The position numbers and the translations under genes were made by a program. Shown here piece after piece: positions 61,657 through 64,000 of a stretch of DNA of 64,000 nucleotides. The stretch's first letter is position 1. Each line of letters begins with the position of its first letter. This stretch comes from an uncultured virus (IMG/VR IMGVR_UViG_3300020459_000007). Taxonomy: Duplodnaviria > Heunggongvirae > Uroviricota > Caudoviricetes. Where the stretch lies: the IMG/VR virus record IMGVR_UViG_3300020459_000007; one strand, written 5' to 3'. The notes under the pieces were generated by a model. That model had not been told where the DNA came from. It worked only from the letters and a program-made list of their open reading frames with translations, and searched no databases.

Positions 61657-63642
61657 TTATCTGCGGGGGATGACTTCTTCAAAACTAACGCCAGTGCGTG
61701 TAGCAATGAATGTCAATGTGATAAAGTTGATTGAACGTGCAGGCTTGATATAGAAATCTGCCTTAAATTCGTTCGCGTCAATGACTGAACCAGGATTATT
61801 GGTGTCATCACATACAACTAAGAAATCTGTGATACCTCTTTCGGCTTGTACACCTCTAAGGTATGGTTCAACAACATTCTTAAAGTTGTTTCTAGTGAAT
61901 TCGTCATTAAGTTCAAAGAGTACTCCCTTCGCAGCGTTGCCGATTGTCTTCTCTATCACGTTGAAAAGACGACGAACGTTGATGCGATCAAATGCAGATG
62001 GTGAAGCGAGAGCTGTTTTGTCACCGAATAGAACTATGCCTTGACCAGGTAGACTGGTTATAGGATTAATTCTCTTCTGATACAATGAATCTCTTTCGGA
62101 TTTGGTTGGTGAGTATGCTAGTTTAACAGCATTCTTAATTGCACCACGGTTTAAACCTGCTGGTGAGAACCAAGGTAATCCGTTTGCTGTAGTAGCAGCA
62201 CATAATCCTGCAACGTCTCCGTTACATGGAATGTATCTATACTTGTCAGCAAATCTGTCGTAGACATACTTCCATGTATTATCAAACACACCGAATGATG
62301 TTGCTTGCATACCTGAGTAGTAGTCAACTACGTTTTGTGTTTGTGTCATGGAGCTTGTAACTCCAACAACGTCTCCTCTGAAAGGAGATAAGAAACCAAC
62401 ACAATCCTTTCTGTTTGAAGTGATTGTTAATACTGCAGCACCGATTGCCTGAGTATTGGTTTTGCTTGCTGCGTCACCAGGACCAGCAATTAGATAATCT
62501 ATTGAAACTGTTTCAGTATCAGCGAACTCTTGAAGTCCAGTGATAATTTCTCCAGAAGATGCACTTCCAGTTTCAGCACCTTTCGCCATAGTGTAGCTAG
62601 TAGGACCAGAGAACAAGTCAAATGTTGTTGTACTTGGACTACCTGCATTACCAGTACCTGCGATGTTACCACCAGTAGCTGCTTGGTTACCACTTACATC
62701 ATATACTGATGTTTCGTGAGCACCCCAGTAAACAAATGCACTCTTGTCAAGTACAACCTGTGGGTAATAGTTACCTGCACCTTGAGTTGTTTTAGCATTG
62801 TTTGCTTTAGAAACATATGTAAACTTCTCAAGTAAAGTGTTTGGTGAACCAGTGATAGCACCAGTAGCATCCCAAACTGCAACATGCATTTCATCACTTG
62901 AACCGCCACGTGCTGCGACGTAAGGTGAAGTGCCAGGTCTAGGAGCAATAGAAGACCACTTAAGTCCTGTAAATACATCCTGTCCATCATACCAGTCAGA
63001 AACTGTTGTGATGTTTAAGTCACTTACACCATTCTCAACGATGTCTGCTGTTGTCCATGTGTCAGAAGAAATTAGTGAAACTGTATTCGTGCCACCATCC
63101 CACGCATAGATGTAACCCGATTTAGTTCCAGCTGTATTCTGTACTTGTGTACCAACTGTAGCAGTGCCTAAAGCACCATCTAGTTTTAAGGAAACGTCTG
63201 CTCCCTTATCAATTACCCCAACCCTTATTGCATTTCCGTCTGCACCAACATCTCTTGCTGCGTAGTGGAATGGGTTTGCTGCTGCTGTGAAATATGTTGC
63301 TTCGTATACTTCTTTAGTAGTAATAGAAAGAAGATATGGAGATGTTGCACTGTCGTCTGATGCACTTAACTGTCCAGATGTTGCACAACGAACTACGTCA
63401 AGTACTCCACCGTAAGATAGGAAACTTGCTGCAGTCCACCATGTTTCTGCGTTAGAGTCAGATGGTTCTCCAAAGATTTCAATGAGTTGAGATTCGTTTG
63501 ATATACGAACGGGTGTAAGAACAGGTCCTTTTGCAAATGATCCTGCTATTGCCCCAACGTTTACTTCAACCGTCTCAATCGACCCAACAGTCAGATCCCT
63601 TTCCTGGATCTCAACTCCTGGCGATAGAAGCGTGCTAGCCAT
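61657..63642 (-). CDS. gp18: Tail sheath protein (T4 gp18)
   Basis: LSPGVEIQE, WFSPAGLNRG, FDRINVRRLF, KPARSINFI; CTAAATA at 63682-63688. Confidence 0.97.
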   Translation of the reverse strand: MASTLLSPGVEIQERDLTVGSIETVEVNVGAIAGSFAKGPVLTPVRISNESQLIEIFGEPSDSNAETWWTAASFLSYGGVLDVVRCATSGQLSASDDSATSPYLLSITTKEVYEATYFTAAANPFHYAARDVGADGNAIRVGVIDKGADVSLKLDGALGTATVGTQVQNTAGTKSGYIYAWDGGTNTVSLISSDTWTTADIVENGVSDLNITTVSDWYDGQDVFTGLKWSSIAPRPGTSPYVAARGGSSDEMHVAVWDATGAITGSPNTLLEKFTYVSKANNAKTTQGAGNYYPQVVLDKSAFVYWGAHETSVYDVSGNQAATGGNIAGTGNAGSPSTTTFDLFSGPTSYTMAKGAETGSASSGEIITGLQEFADTETVSIDYLIAGPGDAASKTNTQAIGAAVLTITSNRKDCVGFLSPFRGDVVGVTSSMTQTQNVVDYYSGMQATSFGVFDNTWKYVYDRFADKYRYIPCNGDVAGLCAATTANGLPWFSPAGLNRGAIKNAVKLAYSPTKSERDSLYQKRINPITSLPGQGIVLFGDKTALASPSAFDRINVRRLFNVIEKTIGNAAKGVLFELNDEFTRNNFKNVVEPYLRGVQAERGITDFLVVCDDTNNPGSVIDANEFKADFYIKPARSINFITLTFIATRTGVSFEEVIPRR

Positions 63643-63702
63643 GCGTGTACTCCTGATGATAAATCAATTTTTGTCTATAGTTATTTAGAAATTGGAGCTC
63701 TT

Positions 63703-64000
63703 TCAGCGATAGTCCCACATGAATGCCCTATCACCATACTCGTCTAAGGTGTATTCTTTCTCATTCATATCAATAGTCCAGATATTTCCCTCGCTGTCTT
63801 TGATCATCTCATCTTCCAATCCATCGTCTATAAAACCAAATGGTGCCATGTCTTGTTCTATCTGGTTCTTCTGTTCTTCGTATATTCTACGACGGATGTC
63901 CTGATCCGTCATTTCTTTAAAGTATTCTTGCTGCACTAACCATGAGAAGATGACTAAACACATAACAAGGTCATCATGATATCCTTCGTCTGCTTCAAAT
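63703..64000 (-). CDS. gp17: Terminase large subunit, C-terminal end (runs off the right edge)
   Basis: FEADEGYHDDLVMCLVIFSW...DMAPFGFIDDG; position upstream of gp18. Confidence 0.9.
   Translation of the reverse strand, partial: FEADEGYHDDLVMCLVIFSWLVQQEYFKEMTDQDIRRRIYEEQKNQIEQDMAPFGFIDDGLEDEMIKDSEGNIWTIDMNEKEYTLDEYGDRAFMWDYR

Noticed and set aside
1..64000. CRISPR arrays, IS elements, rRNA/tRNA genes, reverse transcriptase or DGR
   Set aside because: None seen; the window is almost fully occupied by assignable genes with short intergenic gaps

Overview
A 64-kb segment of an AT-rich, T4-like marine cyanomyovirus (Kyanoviridae-type; a Prochlorococcus host is inferred from the psbA/hli sequences and base composition). 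Almost everything is on the minus strand. Reading right to left: packaging, tail and head genes (gp17 3' end, gp18-gp23, gp3), then uvsY, uvsW, gp55, gp47/46, a VWA-peptidase + MoxR/CobS-like pair, gp45/44/62, Dam, regA, hsp20, gp43, uvsX, gp41 and mazG. Next comes a block of poorly characterised late/virion genes, then gp61, nrdA/B, a nitrogen-regulatory cassette, a flavin halogenase and endonuclease II. The left end is a photosynthesis island (four hli genes, micro-membrane peptides, heme oxygenase, 5' part of psbA). Thirteen 2OG-Fe(II)/AspH-type oxygenase genes (one degenerate) are scattered among the core genes. The strongest observations the ORF track does not explain: (1) a probable programmed -1 frameshift (A_AAA_AAG plus a hairpin) that adds a Cys/His tail to a protein with a capsid-targeting-like N-terminus; (2) tandem glutamine-II (Downstream-peptide)-type riboswitches, the second carrying a complete 56-codon ORF inside its variable loop, behind an NtcA-like box and a late promoter; (3) a nuclease-like / KxDG ligase-like / TIGH nucleotidyltransferase gene trio; (4) chains of translationally coupled micro-ORFs and host-regulator-like boxes (HLR1/RpaB, NtcA). 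I saw no tRNA, CRISPR array, intron or mobile element. All family calls come from motif recognition by eye; no database searches were run.
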